The notes beneath the pieces were generated by a model. The model did no database searches. It had not been told where the DNA came from and saw nothing but the letters and a program-made list of their open reading frames with translations. A program made the translations under genes and the position numbers. From contig JASANG010000424.1 in the NCBI GenBank assembly GCA_030248215.1, forward strand, positions 62,001 through 126,000: a stretch of DNA of 64,000 nucleotides, given 5' to 3'. Position 1 is the stretch's first letter; every line of letters begins with the position of its first letter. Origin of the DNA: Enoplolaimus lenunculus (taxonomy: Eukaryota). Positions 13,603-26,585 of the stretch are shown here, piece after piece.

Positions 13603-14255
13603 TAGAACGTTTCAAATTTTACTGCTATTTGTTCCTCTATTTTAACAACTTCGTCAGCTTAAACTATTAAGCTGGTTCTATGCTCAAAATACCAACGAGA
13701 CGTGAGTTATTTCAGCTACCAATTTTATTAATGGACCCCTTCTACATGAGCAATCGATTAAATTAACAACACCGTTCAATTCGTTATTTGTGTACACTTT
13801 AAGAAAACAAGTTCTCCTCGTTAAGATCAAACTGAATTACTTAGCTAATAAATATGTAAATTAAGATAGTTTTGACACAAAAACGTCGGTTATAAGGTTG
13901 TGTTCGAAAACTCACGGGTTTACAGCTATAATGCAATTGTCAGGTAAATTTGTCCCATGCGAGAAAAACTTTGGCTCTAAGCTACATAGCTAGTGTTTTT
14001 GGCGCGGTTTTCGTCTTGTTGGGGCTTAAGTATGCTTTCTGGCGCCCACCGGTAATGTATTTAAGTTTAGAATAGTGGCTGTTTGTGCGTAAATTTGGTA
14101 GCTAACAATGAACTGTAGGCATACAAAATAGTTGAAATTAAATTTGAAAGTAAAATACTGCTCGACAACGATGTTGTTAGGCACAACAGATCGCTTGTAG
14201 CCATACGAGGGAGGGAGCGGATACAAAGTCAGATTCAGAGGGACATCTCATTTCT

Positions 14256-14454
14256 GGCCCATGTATAGAACTGGGCCGGATCGTTTTTTCGGAGGGGCTG
14301 TAATAGAGTTAGTTTAACTTTTTGACTAAATTTTTAGCTTCGGCTTAGGCTTAGGAATAGGAATACGGCCATTCTTATACTTACGCTTACGCTTAGGCTT
14401 AGGCTTAGGAATGTTCTTTATACTACTGTTCCGGCCCTGTTCTATACATGAGTC
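14256..14454 (+). mobile_element. Telomeric-repeat MITE, subfamily 1
   Basis: ggcccatgtatagaactgggccgga...ccggccctgttctatacatgagtc; TSD tcatttct/tcatatct. Confidence 0.85.
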
Positions 14455-14710
14455 TCATATCTTATCTTCTACATGCTTTAAAGCCAACCTATGCTGAATA
14501 TAAAGTCAAACAAATCGAGTTAGTAGCCTCATTTCAAAAGTTTATCAATAATTCTTTACACTGGTTGAAATTTTAAAATGCAAGACGCGTTCTCTTTGAG
14601 ATCTAAAGGCGACTTAAGAGTGGAATTAGATAAAATTAGGTCGAAAATTTTAACTTAAATCTATCTAGAACTAAAACATAAACAGACTAAAACCTATAAC
14701 TATAAACGTA

Positions 14711-15399
14711 CACACAAAACAATTTGTCTTGTATTCAAGAAATGTCTGAAATTTAAGACAATTATGTCGTGATACAGACTCCAGACATATACGTCTTGAA
14801 TTCAACACTTTTAATCTTTAAAATTTTTCAGAAATATTGGTCCAATATTTTTCACACTTTAATGTCTTAAATTTAAGACTTTGTTTTATGAACGATTAAG
14901 AAATATTTTTTTGAAATATAGAGAAAAATATCTCTGAAATATAAGACTGTCTGAAATAAAACGCAAAGATTTTCATTGGAAACCAACTCCAAAATTGGGT
15001 GTGTGTAATGCTCAATCCAGTACTGTAATTTTACAACCTAAGATACGTCCAAGACGTAATCTTAGGTTGGATGAGCCTGAGCTGAACCCGAAATATCTTT
15101 AAAATTCGATTATTTATATACATCTTTATAGAACGTAAAATGGAGCAACTTTTTTTACATACATAAAAATCAGAAAATTAATTCTTTAACATACACAAGA
15201 CAACTATTTCTTGAAAAAAGAAACTTGTGTCTTATTGGCAATACCCATCTCTTGAATATAAGACATTCATGTTTTAACCATTTAACAAACGAATTTCTGA
15301 GCTGTTTAAGGCTATTAATGTCTGAAATACAAGACACTGACATGTTGAAAATATAATAAAGTGGGGGTCTTGAAATGTCAAGACAATGTATTTCGTGTG
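14711..15399. mobile_element. TA-flanked CACAC...GTGTG non-autonomous DNA element
   Basis: ta|cacacaaaacaatttgtcttg...caagacaatgtatttcgtgtg|ta; many tcttga/aagac motifs; a second, truncated copy starts at ~19892. Confidence 0.7.
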
Positions 15400-15536
15400 T
15401 AGAGGTTTAGGAGCGCGGAGACGGAAGTCTGGCGTGGGCATGTTTGGGGCAGGGCAAAATTATTTGTCCCATGGCGCTGGTTGTATCATATGGTGCGAAG
15501 CGGAGCAAAGATTCTCGTGGTTGCGCGGTCGCAGGC

Positions 15537-15586
15537 CGACAACAGTAGTAGCAGGAGCAGTAGTAGCAACAACAACAACAACAATG

Positions 15587-15617
<31 letters not shown>

Positions 15618-15645
15618 AAACAATAACAACAAAACAACAACAACA
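15537..15645. repeat. (CAA)n microsatellite
   Basis: caacaacaac run with acaatg/acaata variants. Confidence 0.95.
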
Positions 15646-16270
15646 CAGCATTCAACTAAACGACCAATTTCTTATGAATGTGAAACATGAATGAAGCATA
15701 TAATTTAGTCTCGGCTTCAAGCCATAGAGGGTCACAAAGCTGCTATATTCGATTTGCTATTACATTGTTCGCTTTGTGCCACAGGCAACTATAAATATAT
15801 ACTATTAAGATTGTCTATGGTACATGCGTGGAAACGGACACGTCAACAGCCGCCAATGAATGTTTCGGAGCAGGCCAGGGTGGGGGGGGTTCCCAAAATT
15901 CAATGGTGCGAGTCCCTTACAATAATCAAAATATTTTACAAAACGTAAATTTTTCAATTTTAAATACATATTCAAATTGGCTATTAACGGTTATTTTTCG
16001 TTTAAAATCATCTTAGAATGGGCACCGTCTATTGGGGGTGCCTTCGAAATTTGGGGTAGTGGCTGCTCTGGCCGTGTCCAATAATGACCATGGTGTGCCA
16101 TGAGTCGTTCTACGTCAACGTCAACGGAACTTTAACAGCGAGATTAGAACAAAAATTTTCACCACTGGACGATCAAAAATACGCGTTATTTTTTTCGAAG
16201 TAACCCAACTTATTATAATTTAACTATGAAACAACTGGATGCTCGCCTCGCAATAATTATGTCGTTTCTA

Positions 16271-16523
16271 CTCTCTAAATTCCTATAAGTTGATTAATCA
16301 ACTCAGAGAGCGAATTAGTCATTTCAGGTTATTTCTGAGTTAATAGCAAGAAACTTCAACTCGCTCTAAGCTGATTTAATTCCGGGTGAGTAGATTTACA
16401 TTAACTCAGAATGAGTTAATTCAATTCAGAACTCGGAGTGCTGAAAGACATCGTTCAAACCTCAGACTTCTTAGTGGATTCACCTCACTTCGAGTCAAGA
16501 TCAGCTCACAGGAATTTACAGTG
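16271..16523. mobile_element. Family-B MITE
   Basis: Reverse-orientation homologue of 3594-3840, ending ggaatttacagtg|ta. Confidence 0.75.
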
Positions 16524-16882
16524 TACGTCCGTTTGGGATGTGGTTGATTTTAAGCAATTCAGAGATGACAGAGAGAAGGCTAAATTACTTAGTTCAGCAA
16601 ATAAACAAAAATACTGCGTGAACAGTTATTACAAATAAAAAAGGTATATTTTAGAATCGGGTTAGCAGATAGAAACGATCCAATCGATCTCAGCCCCTTG
16701 CTCCATAAAAGATTTTCGCCAACCACCCCCCTTACCCCAAAACGTTTTAGTCTAGCTTGTAATCACCGTGATACATCTGCGCCACCCCTCCTTTCATTTT
16801 TGTGTCTTCCCTTAGCATGTTTAGCTGGTTAAAACACTACATACTGTAATGTTCAACAGCATTGCCGAAATTTTATTCGGAA

Positions 16883-17100
16883 GACTGCAAAAAATAATGA
16901 GTCAAATTGACTCTCCCCGAAATAGTCCTTTCCGTACTACACAAACTGAGTCAAATTCGACTTCGCCAGAGTCAAATTTGACTCACTGAGCGAGTCATTG
17001 AGTCGAATTTGACTATGGCGGAGTCGAATTTTGACCCAGTTTGTGCAGTCAGGAAAAGCCTATTTCAGACAGTCAATTTAACTCACTATTTTTTGCAGTG
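16883..17100. mobile_element. Family-A palindromic MITE (CACTG...CAGTG, 2-bp TSD; CMC/EnSpm-like)
   Basis: (g)actgcaaaaaataatgagtcaaattgact...ttttgcagtg; AA flanks. Confidence 0.85.
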
Positions 17101-18130
17101 AAAGAACATAAAATCATTTTTCATAAGCGAGCGTAGTAAGCGAGAAAATATTTTTGACATTTCTGCAGGTTGATTAGAAATCCTGCAAACGTGACAGGTT
17201 TGCAATACATACACAAATATTACCGTAAATATCTACCCTGTATTACCTCGGCTCTTGTGTACTACGCCTCTGGCATCGCTGACAGAAAACTTGCAAAAAA
17301 TATATAAGTTTCGTCTAAATGAGCTTTAGGCATGACCAACATAAAAGAGCCAGAAAAACTAATTTTGCCTAATGAACTTTTGCCAGGCGCATAGTCTGTC
17401 TTATCTGGCTCGCACGCGTGTGTATGAACTCAAACATAACCAGCATACCACACGTATGGGAGTATTGTGCAGGGGCGTAGTCAAAATTTCATTTCGGAAG
17501 AGTATAACCTAATTTAATAAATTGTTTTCAAGCCCGTACACAATTTATAGACTTCATGATATAGCAGGTTATATCATAAACCCCGTAAAGGAATGCTTTT
17601 TTATTCCCGTCGCTGAAAACTTTCGGGGGGCTCTATCCCATATCTCCCGGTCCAAACGTCTTCGCTACACATTTGGCCGTAAAAACTGCTTGCGTGGCGT
17701 GTGAGCTGTCGGATAATAAACAGGGACTTTGCTGATATATATATTTCAATTCGTGACAGTGTTGGGTGGTTCAAGTAAATGAATTATGCGAGTGATCGGA
17801 GCAAACAAGAAAATATTTTTGATAAAACGTAAGATTCGTTTAAATCCTGTATAATTTGCAATTTTTATTCATCATTTTTAAAAATTAAATTTGCAATTTT
17901 TAATCATCATTTTTAAAAATTTTGTTGCTGTCTATAGATTTGTACTCCCTTTAGAATAATAGGCTCTGGTCGCAGCCGAAACCGGCATTGAAAAATGAGT
18001 TTTGGCAAACAGGTTTGTGGCACATTTTCTATTTAATTAATTAAATGTTTTTAAAAAATTTTTTTCAACTTTACACAGAATGTTAATGTTCGCAAGACCT
18101 CTGCCAACTACAGGGAAGTATCGTTCGTGG

Positions 18131-18303
18131 GGCTCGCGTCACTTTTAGGGACGTCCCGGTTTTTGGTGGGTCTGTGAAAGAGTATAGCTTAGATTGCAGG
18201 TTACATTTTTTTGCTTAGGCTTATGAACATACTTTTTTCAACGCTTAGGTGTAAGCTTAGGAATACGCTTAATCTACTGTTACGGCCCTAAATAGCATCG
18301 GCC
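18131..18303 (+). mobile_element. Telomeric-repeat MITE, subfamily 3 (diverged)
   Basis: cacttttagggacgtcccggt...aatacgcttaatctactgttacggccctaaatagcatcggcc; flanks gttcgtgg/gaccgtgg. Confidence 0.7.
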
Positions 18304-20202
18304 GACCGTGGTATGGGGGCATCGTTGAAAAATCTGTCGTTAAGTGACGATACGTAGTATCACTTACTAACTTAGTAAGAAGTATGCAAATGGTTATTAG
18401 CTTCTTAATTCAGCTACATTCGCTCACTAAAGTTTTTTCAAATTAGGTAATTGTTTGGCATCCTTCTTCTAACGCCGCTGGCACTATCCAGTGTGATTTA
18501 GCTTTATCCAAAAATTTAAGGTATGCCATTTTACTCGGGTTTAGCCAGCCGCGAACAATAACCAAGGCTTAAGGTTAGACCCAAACCAAAAAAATCTACT
18601 GTGATTGATTATAAGCAAAAATGGTTTAAAGCGAAAACCTAAAGTTTAGACAAATGGATACAAATTAGTTCGAACTAATATGCACGCGGCCGATATTTGC
18701 ATTAGCTAAGCCAACGGTGGGTTCCATGACATAGACCCTCCAAACTGGAATCGCAGTATAGTCTCTATTAAGATTTATCACTAAAATTGTGTTTGACTTC
18801 TTTCGCTCAAGAGATTTTTTACTACATATAATTATTGCTCATTCCCCCTAGTAATTTTCAAATTCGTTACTAAAATAGGCTTTCAAATATAGGACTTATG
18901 GATTTTGGTATTAAGTTGGCGATTAAAGTGCATAACGGTCGAATTTAAAAGGATTAGGTTCATAAACCCATCATAGTTAGAAGTTCACAGTGACTTTACC
19001 ACGTTTAAAAACGCTATCATATTTATCATACGTTAAAAATATATGTATATAAGGAACTAAATTTTACCGGAACCCGAACCGAAATTCGAAATAATTTTCA
19101 TCTCCGAATTACTGATAAACTTTTTAGAAAACTTGCCAAAAACTGGGTTTAAAAAATTTCCCTGCTATTTCGTCATCAAGTTTTGTGAAAACACATCAGT
19201 AGAATGTCCGTAGTGTCATAACTCTTGCCATGACAAAAATGCTGTTTTGCAGTATAAAATGTATTAATGCGACCCAAACTGAACATCGGCATCTAAATAA
19301 AACCCATTCAATTCAAGCAAATTTGTCGTCGAGTGGCCTAAACGATTTGCAAACAAATGCAACGACAGCGTTCTGGTCGCTGGGTACAAATCCGTTTGGG
19401 ACATTGATACTGGACGGACCACAATATTTATAAGTGACATGGATGTACAAACTGGGGGGGGCACGGGGTCAAGGCATCCCACCAATCAATGGTCATTTCT
19501 TTAATGTAAAGACACAGCCTGACTGAACCAACGCTACAGGTTTGCTAGTTTTCCTTTAAAAACCAATATTTTAGTCGTATTTGCAACCGTGACCCCCTCC
19601 AGTTTAAACACCTCGGTACGCCACTGATAGTTGGTTGTGGTGCCCGTTTAACCACAATATTTGGATAAATTTCCCACGGGACGGCGAAATGTATTATTGT
19701 TTTTTGGGGTATAAATGTAAAGCTTAACTCTGTGAACAAATTTTTAGCTTTAAAAGCGAAGACAAGTTAGACAGAAACGTGAGGAGAATTAGAAAAAATA
19801 AATTAATATCATTACAGCTTTTAGCTGTTGAAAACACACACATATATACTGCTCAAAATGGTAAAATACACCATTTAGCAAAGCGACCATACACACAAAT
19901 AATAAATTGTTTTGTATTCATGAAATATTGTATGTAATTTAAGACAATTATGTATTGATACAGACTCCAGACATATATGTTTTGAATTAAAAACTTTTAT
20001 TTCGTAAATATTTCAGAAATATTGGTCTAAAAGTTTTCACACTTAAATGGCTTAAATTTATGACGTAGTTTTATGAACGATGAAGAAAATATTTCTGAAA
20101 TATAAGAGACCGGTGCCCTAATTTTAAAGGCTAAGATACGTCCAAGGCGTAAACTTATGTTGGTGGAGCCTAAGGTCAACCTGAAATATCTTTAAAATTC
20201 GA

Positions 20203-20554
20203 TAATTTATATACTTGTTTAGAACATAAACGGAGCAACTTTTTTACATACATAAAAATCATTATTTATATACTTGTTTTGAACATAAACGGAGTAACTT
20301 TTTTACATACATAAAAATCATTATTTACATACTTGTTTTGAACATAAACGGAGCAACTTTTTTACATACATAAAATCATTATTTATATACTTGTTTTGAA
20401 CATAAACGGAGCAACTTTTTTACATACATAAAAATCATTATTTATATACTTGTTTTGAACATAAACGGAGCAACTTTTTTACATACATAAAAATCATTAT
20501 TTATATACTTGTTTTGAACATAAACGGAGCAACTTTTTTACATAAATAAAAATC
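20203..20554. repeat. ~59-bp minisatellite, ~6 copies
   Basis: Unit ttatttatatacttgttttgaacataaacggagcaacttttttacatacataaaaatca. Confidence 0.95.
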
Positions 20555-23500
20555 AGAAAAAAATTTGTGTAAACGCATTTGATTTATAAAGTTGCTGCTT
20601 AAATTTGAAGCATCTGAGAGGGATTTTAATTATCCAATTTATCTAGCATCCATCGCTGACCAGGCGCAAGCCCGGTCGACATTCTAGGCGTCAGGATTGC
20701 CCACGACTCACTAGTATCCGCGGATAAACACAGGCCGGGCAAAAGATTATGGACGTTGGTATAATCGCGCGCAAAGAATTTCAAGATGCGGGTAAAAATT
20801 TCTGATCCATTCAGGATTCGGACAACAAGCGACAAACAGATGTTCGCCATGTACTTCTCTCGTGTATACGTTGCTAGCCCTTATGCTAGTTTTAACCTTG
20901 GTAACCAATCAAATACCTACATTATAAATAGAACCACAAAATTAATAGACGAGAAACAGATTACAAACTGTATCATTCAAAATTAAACGACTTATTGGTA
21001 AAGGAACATAGACCAATATAGCAGAAGCATGGGTCTCGGATGGATCAGAACCGTCAAAAAAATTTGCCTTAGTCAGATTTTCGTTTCGCAGAACAATCGT
21101 AGGATTTACGAATATATGACCATTTTCAACAATGTAAACCTTAAAATAATCCTTGAGGTACTCCTAATTTTCACACAAAAAGCACAAACTTGGAAACTAA
21201 TACACGATGAGAGTCTAACCATTTGGCAAATCCATTACTTTAGGCAGCGAATGATCTAAGCAGCAAAACATAAATTTAGAAAACTTGGTTTAGGTTTTTA
21301 CTCTATCAACTGGTTGCTAAGGTTAGTTGGATGCAAGATTTATTGGACACTACATTATATATACATATATACATACATATATATATTAAAATATATATAT
21401 ATTAAGGCTTATATACGCTGCATGTCTTCGCGCTTCATAAGTATAGAATATAATGCAAAAAATTTATCTTAAAATAAAACATAGTGGTAAAGCTAACTAG
21501 AAATTAACTTATTGTTTTTGTCTAAAAGTGTCAATATCCGGTACTGAATAGTGTAATATATTTTGTTTTGTAACCTGATAGTTGTTTAGACAAACACCAA
21601 ATGGCACATATTACCTTGATAATCATAGTCCTGTAAGTCCAAAGGAACAAGCATGATATTGTCCTATCAAAACTTGGCCGACTATTCGTATTCTCAAATG
21701 TGTATAGCACAAACAATTTTGTGTTTCGAAATTTTACAATTTTTAAAGCGTGCTTTTAGGCAAAAATTTTGACGTTTGTAAGTAAATTTACAAATTGTAC
21801 CTTTAGTTGATATTTTCAAGCTTTATATTACGGTAAATTTTCGTAACTGACCACGGGAGGTCATTCGTATGCGTTGAAAATACAATGGATCAAATTTTTT
21901 ACTAGAAATCTTAATTGATTTTATAAATTATTAAATTATAGTTTTCGAACGATGACGGACAAGAGAAGAGGTGAAACAGTTCAAAAATTAGCAAATTTTG
22001 TTTCTAAAACTTCAAAATTGTCAATGAATGGCGAAAAAAACCAGCTTCAACTTAAGTCGCAACGATCATATATTTGGCTTTCGGTCAAATAACTTGTTCT
22101 ACTAATGTCGCTCGAACAAAAAATACCGGGTGAACTATGTGTATCGCAAAATTTTTAACACGGCTGGGTTTTGAAGGGATTGTATCCAACAGCATCCTTT
22201 CGATCCGCCACTGTTTTTAAACTAGCAAATTCCTGGACTAAATTAACCAATCATAGATTGATTTGTATTAAAAGAGTTCTTCCCTGAGTAGGTTTCAAAT
22301 ATTTGCAAGCAAACGTGTTTTATGTGCTATACTCAGAAACACGTTTGGTGCCTATGGTTTACTGCACCCCCAGGTGCGACCTCGGTAGAAATTTTCGACT
22401 CAACTTGAGATGCTAAACTTAAATTCAGAACAACCTACTGGTTTTTTTAAATTTTAACCAAATACAAAACGCAAACTTGCAATCAAAAACGGTTCTGTAT
22501 TTACTTAAAATAAAGGAAATTAATGTTTAAAATCAGGTTTATATAAAAATTTGGTACGATTTTTGAAATTTGACCTAAATCTCGATTATTTTTTTATCCA
22601 CAAGCGAATAAATCACCAGATTTGGCTTATTTGTAACCAGATGAACGTGCCAGACTGGGACTGAAGAATATTTGTGACTGATATGTGGAAATTTTACGTG
22701 CCGTTTAGTTTTACAAGCGGGCGTTAGCATCTGCTAGGCTTGCGGAATGGCAACAGATCTGTCACGAATCTTCTGATCCACATGGCTCGTTCGCGTGGTG
22801 CTTTTGTTGTATACGATTCTAAACCATTTTTGGGATACTTTCAGATTGAGCTGTTGGTTCTAAAATTGTCCCTGCAAATATGTAAATCTGCCCCACAACT
22901 TCGTTGACGAGCCCACATATTTGCTCTGAAGGGTTGATGATCAATTCCGTCCCTGGAAAAGTCAAAATTTTACCAATCAAAACTCGGTTTTAACGTTACC
23001 TTACCAGTATTTTCAACCCTGAAACCATTGGAATTGAAACATTGTTCCTAGTAGTAGAATCAATTAAAACGCAACAAAACCGGAAATATGCTATCGTAGA
23101 ATTGTGACACTCAACCCGGAAGTAATTTTCCTGCTAAAAGGTCACAGAAAGACCAATGTGGTAATCGTATCCGTAGCCAGATGGCGGCCAGCGGGGCTTA
23201 GGTCCCCCGAGAAATATTTTGGTCCCTTGAACAGTTTCAACCTCGCTTGTAAGTCACAAGAAATTTTTGCTTACCTCTTCTAACATTTTTACAGCCCCAT
23301 CTAGCTGTCGAGCTAGCTTACAGGCCTCAGCGTAATACACACGAGGTGGGTATATTTATATATTGCATGAGTCAGTCTTAATTCTCTCAGACATTTTATT
23401 GACTAAAACGAGAGGGAAGGATATATTGAAGCATAGGGAAAGGTCCGTATATACTTACAAGGCGTCATTGCTTGAACCCTCAAAGTGTATCACCCCCGTG

Positions 23501-23995
23501 TGAATTTGAAATATTTAGATTAACTTGTACCATAGCGACCCGAATAACAGTGATGGATAAGATAAGGGGTTTGCGTTTTGAATCCCAATTAATACGAGTC
23601 TGTATCCTTAACTACTGCAGTCCGAAGTGGATATAGTCCGTAAGTCCGAATAATAGTCCATAAAATAAATTAAAAAAAAACAATGACCTAAACTGCTCGA
23701 ATATGTTGACAGCCCACATAAACTTTATAAATTCAGAAAAATAAAGATCAATTGATATAATAATGAAAACAAAAAATGTTTCAAAACAAGTCACAGTTCA
23801 GCCCAAAAGAAAGAATATAAAAAAGAAGGGAGTTGGATCCTACCAACGTGGGGTAAATTTATAAACATCCCGTAAACCGAGTACTAACAGGGTGTAGTAC
23901 TCTCTAGAGTGGCAAAATATATATCAGTCTACCCTTCATATTCGGATCACTACCGTAGCAAATCAGGCTTTTAGAAAAAATACAAGCCTGTCATA

Positions 23996-24199
23996 CACTG
24001 TAAAGAATGGTGAGTCAACTTGACTATCTCGGAAATAGGCATTTCCTGACTACACAACCTGGTTCAATTCGACTCCGCCAGAGACAAACGTGCGACATAG
24101 TAAATCGAATTTAACTCTGGTGGAGTCGAATTTGACTCAGTTTGTGTAGTCTGGAAATGTTGCCGAGAGAGTCAATTTGACTCCCCATTTTTTGCAGTG
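23996..24199. mobile_element. Family-A palindromic MITE
   Basis: ta|cactgtaaagaatggtgagtc...ttttgcagtg|ta. Confidence 0.85.
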
Positions 24200-24794
24200 T
24201 AGTATTTCACCCTGTTAACATCCTTTACTGGCTAGTTGGCATGCATAAGCAATAAAGCATCAAAACCCTAGTAAAATTATAGGCTTCAACGCCTTTCTTG
24301 GACTAAAATCAACCAAACTGCTTTATAAGCTTGAAGTTGTCTATTAAGCAAAAACAACATATTTTATAAACAATAGCTCAGAAACAAGAACAATAGATCG
24401 TTTATTTTTTATGTGGTTTTTGGTTTTACCGAAAACAAAATATTTAAAAAGAATAAAACAAACAAAACAAATAAAACACAAAGTTTTCAAAAGTTTGTTA
24501 AGGCAAAATATTTAATTTAAGTCATTGTTTTTTTAGGAAAAATGATATTAAAGAATTGTGCGATTTTGCCGAGCTGAAAACTTTCTGTTGCAACACTGCC
24601 ATTATGAGAGCCACGTTGTCACCGACGGAGATAGAAATTTTTTCGTGCGAACGGCTGTGCGAGATATAATAGTGAATATAACCTTCTCGAACGAAGCAAA
24701 CCCGAAACCAAACGCAATTTTAGTACTAAATCTTAATACAAACTTTTCGTTTCGATCCCAGTAGGCTGTGTCTGTACCACTTACGGCAATAGTA

Positions 24795-25014
24795 CACTGC
24801 AAAAAATGGTGAGTCAAATTGACTCTCTCGGAAATAGGCTTTTCCGGACTCACAAACTGAGTCAAAATTCGACTCCGCCAGAGTCAAATTTGACTCACTG
24901 AGCGACTCATTAAGTCGAGTTTGACTCCGGCGGAGTCAAATTTTGACTCAGTTTGTGTAGTCCGGAAAAGCCTATTTCGGAGCGAGTCAACTTGACTCAC
25001 CATTTTTTGCAGTG
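24795..25014. mobile_element. Family-A palindromic MITE, near-perfect foldback
   Basis: ta|cactgcaaaaaatggtgagtcaa...ttgactcaccattttttgcagtg|ta. Confidence 0.9.
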
Positions 25015-25354
25015 TAGAACCACTGCAAGGGCATGTATTGTCAAATATGTCTAGCACCTATCACCAATTGGTGATAGTGGTCGTGTAACTTTCGTGCCAG
25101 TGAATGCTGACGCTCCTAATTCAGCACATGTTTTGCATATGATTGGCTGTGCTCATGTGCCTATTTTGACTTCAACAAGTGCAAAAGATAGTAAGTTTGA
25201 AAACCTAACTGGTGATAGTTGCTATACACATTTAAGAGTATGTGCCAATGACGCTAATGTCTCGTAAAACACTGAAATTAATAGCGGAAAGCTGTTCTAA
25301 AATGTAAACCGCAGCAAATGAAGTTATATATTCTTAAAATCTGTTAATCGGTTA

Positions 25355-25629
25355 AGCCCTATTCACACGCATAAGTTTTAGATACCAGACCTAGCAGCTG
25401 CAACTTGCATTTGCAAGGTTTGTCCAAAATCCTGTTCGAAATACTTGCAGCTGCAAATAATTCATTAAAATTCATAGCTAGGAATTTAGTTCACATGTGT
25501 GAATAACCATGCAAGTTCACTGAATTTATTGCAGCCGCTTTCTCATTGGCTGATAAAAAAATGCAATTTCTGCGTGCAATTTGCAGTTACAAGTTCTTGC
25601 AGCAAAAACTTGCACGTGTGAATAGGGCT
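25355..25629. mobile_element. Harbinger/Tourist-like MITE (relatives ~27642-27922, ~58257-58547)
   Basis: agccctattcacacg...cgtgtgaatagggct; T/A-rich 3-bp flanks. Confidence 0.75.
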
Positions 25630-26334
25630 TAGAAAAAACACAATGAAGAGATAAATTACTATTGGCTTTTAACCCCTCAACCTTTCAAGAATAAAAGCAT
25701 TTGTGTGGGTCTGCATAAACCAGTGTCCACTAATGCCAACAAAATGACCACACATTTTGTACCAGTAGCCGGCACTGACTGATGCCCTCATTAAGTATTC
25801 ACTACTAAGCAAATATAATCACAGCAAATGCAAGCATTAAGATATCGGGGGGTATGGCCAATATACCTTAGCAAACCTCGGACAGGCATACGAAATTAAC
25901 AACAATTTTTGAAGGTTTTCGAAGTAAATGCAGCGATTGTTAGTAAACATAGTGCGTCATACTCTCTTGGTTTTACTGTCGCTTGCAAAAATATTTTCAT
26001 TTATTTAAACGTATACCCTTTCGAAATGAAATCTTGGCTACGATCATGAGAGTGGCAGCTAAACTGGTCAGTTTAGGATATTTGAGATGTTATTTTCTAA
26101 AAGGCATAGCCGGACAAAGCACGGCTAGCACGCAAACCCGGCGTTAGGATAGTGGCCCATTAAACGCGATATAGGGGTGTCCCGAATTAAATGTACTACA
26201 GCTCCTCTGTAACTATGGCACCCATGGGTCGGGGCCTACCAAATAGGGCTAGAAGGGGCACTTCCGCCGACACTGTTTGCCAGTTGGAGGATCTTTCGTT
26301 CAAGGTCTTCTGAAGGGTGTACGATAACAATTGT

Positions 26335-26585
26335 GGCCAAAGATCAGGGGCGGAACGTTTTTCTGAGGGACTAGAACAGACTAAGCTTAAGCCTTTGACT
26401 AGTTTTTTTTTACTTTTCTTAGGCTTAGGCTTAGGCTTAGGCTTAGGAATAAACTCATTCTTACGCATAGGATTAGGCTTAGGCTTAGGAATGAACTCTT
26501 TCTTAGGCTTAGGCTTAGGCTTAGGAATGAACTCATTCGTACGCTTAGGCTTAGGCTTAGGCTTAGGCTTAGGCTTGGCTTTACT
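26335..26585 (+). mobile_element. Telomeric-repeat MITE, subfamily 2, right end missing
   Basis: ggccaaagatcaggggcggaacg...aagcttaagcc then TTAGGC blocks separated by ggaatgaactcattc linkers. Confidence 0.7.

Noticed and set aside
15386..15694. Poly-Cys/Val/Thr/Asn ORFs
   Set aside because: Reading frames of a (CAA)n microsatellite.
20626..20850. 74-aa ORF in a GC-richer patch (similar cases: 59411-59593, 6165-6434, ~22820-22950)
   Set aside because: No recognisable motif and no phase-consistent splicing to neighbouring exons found.
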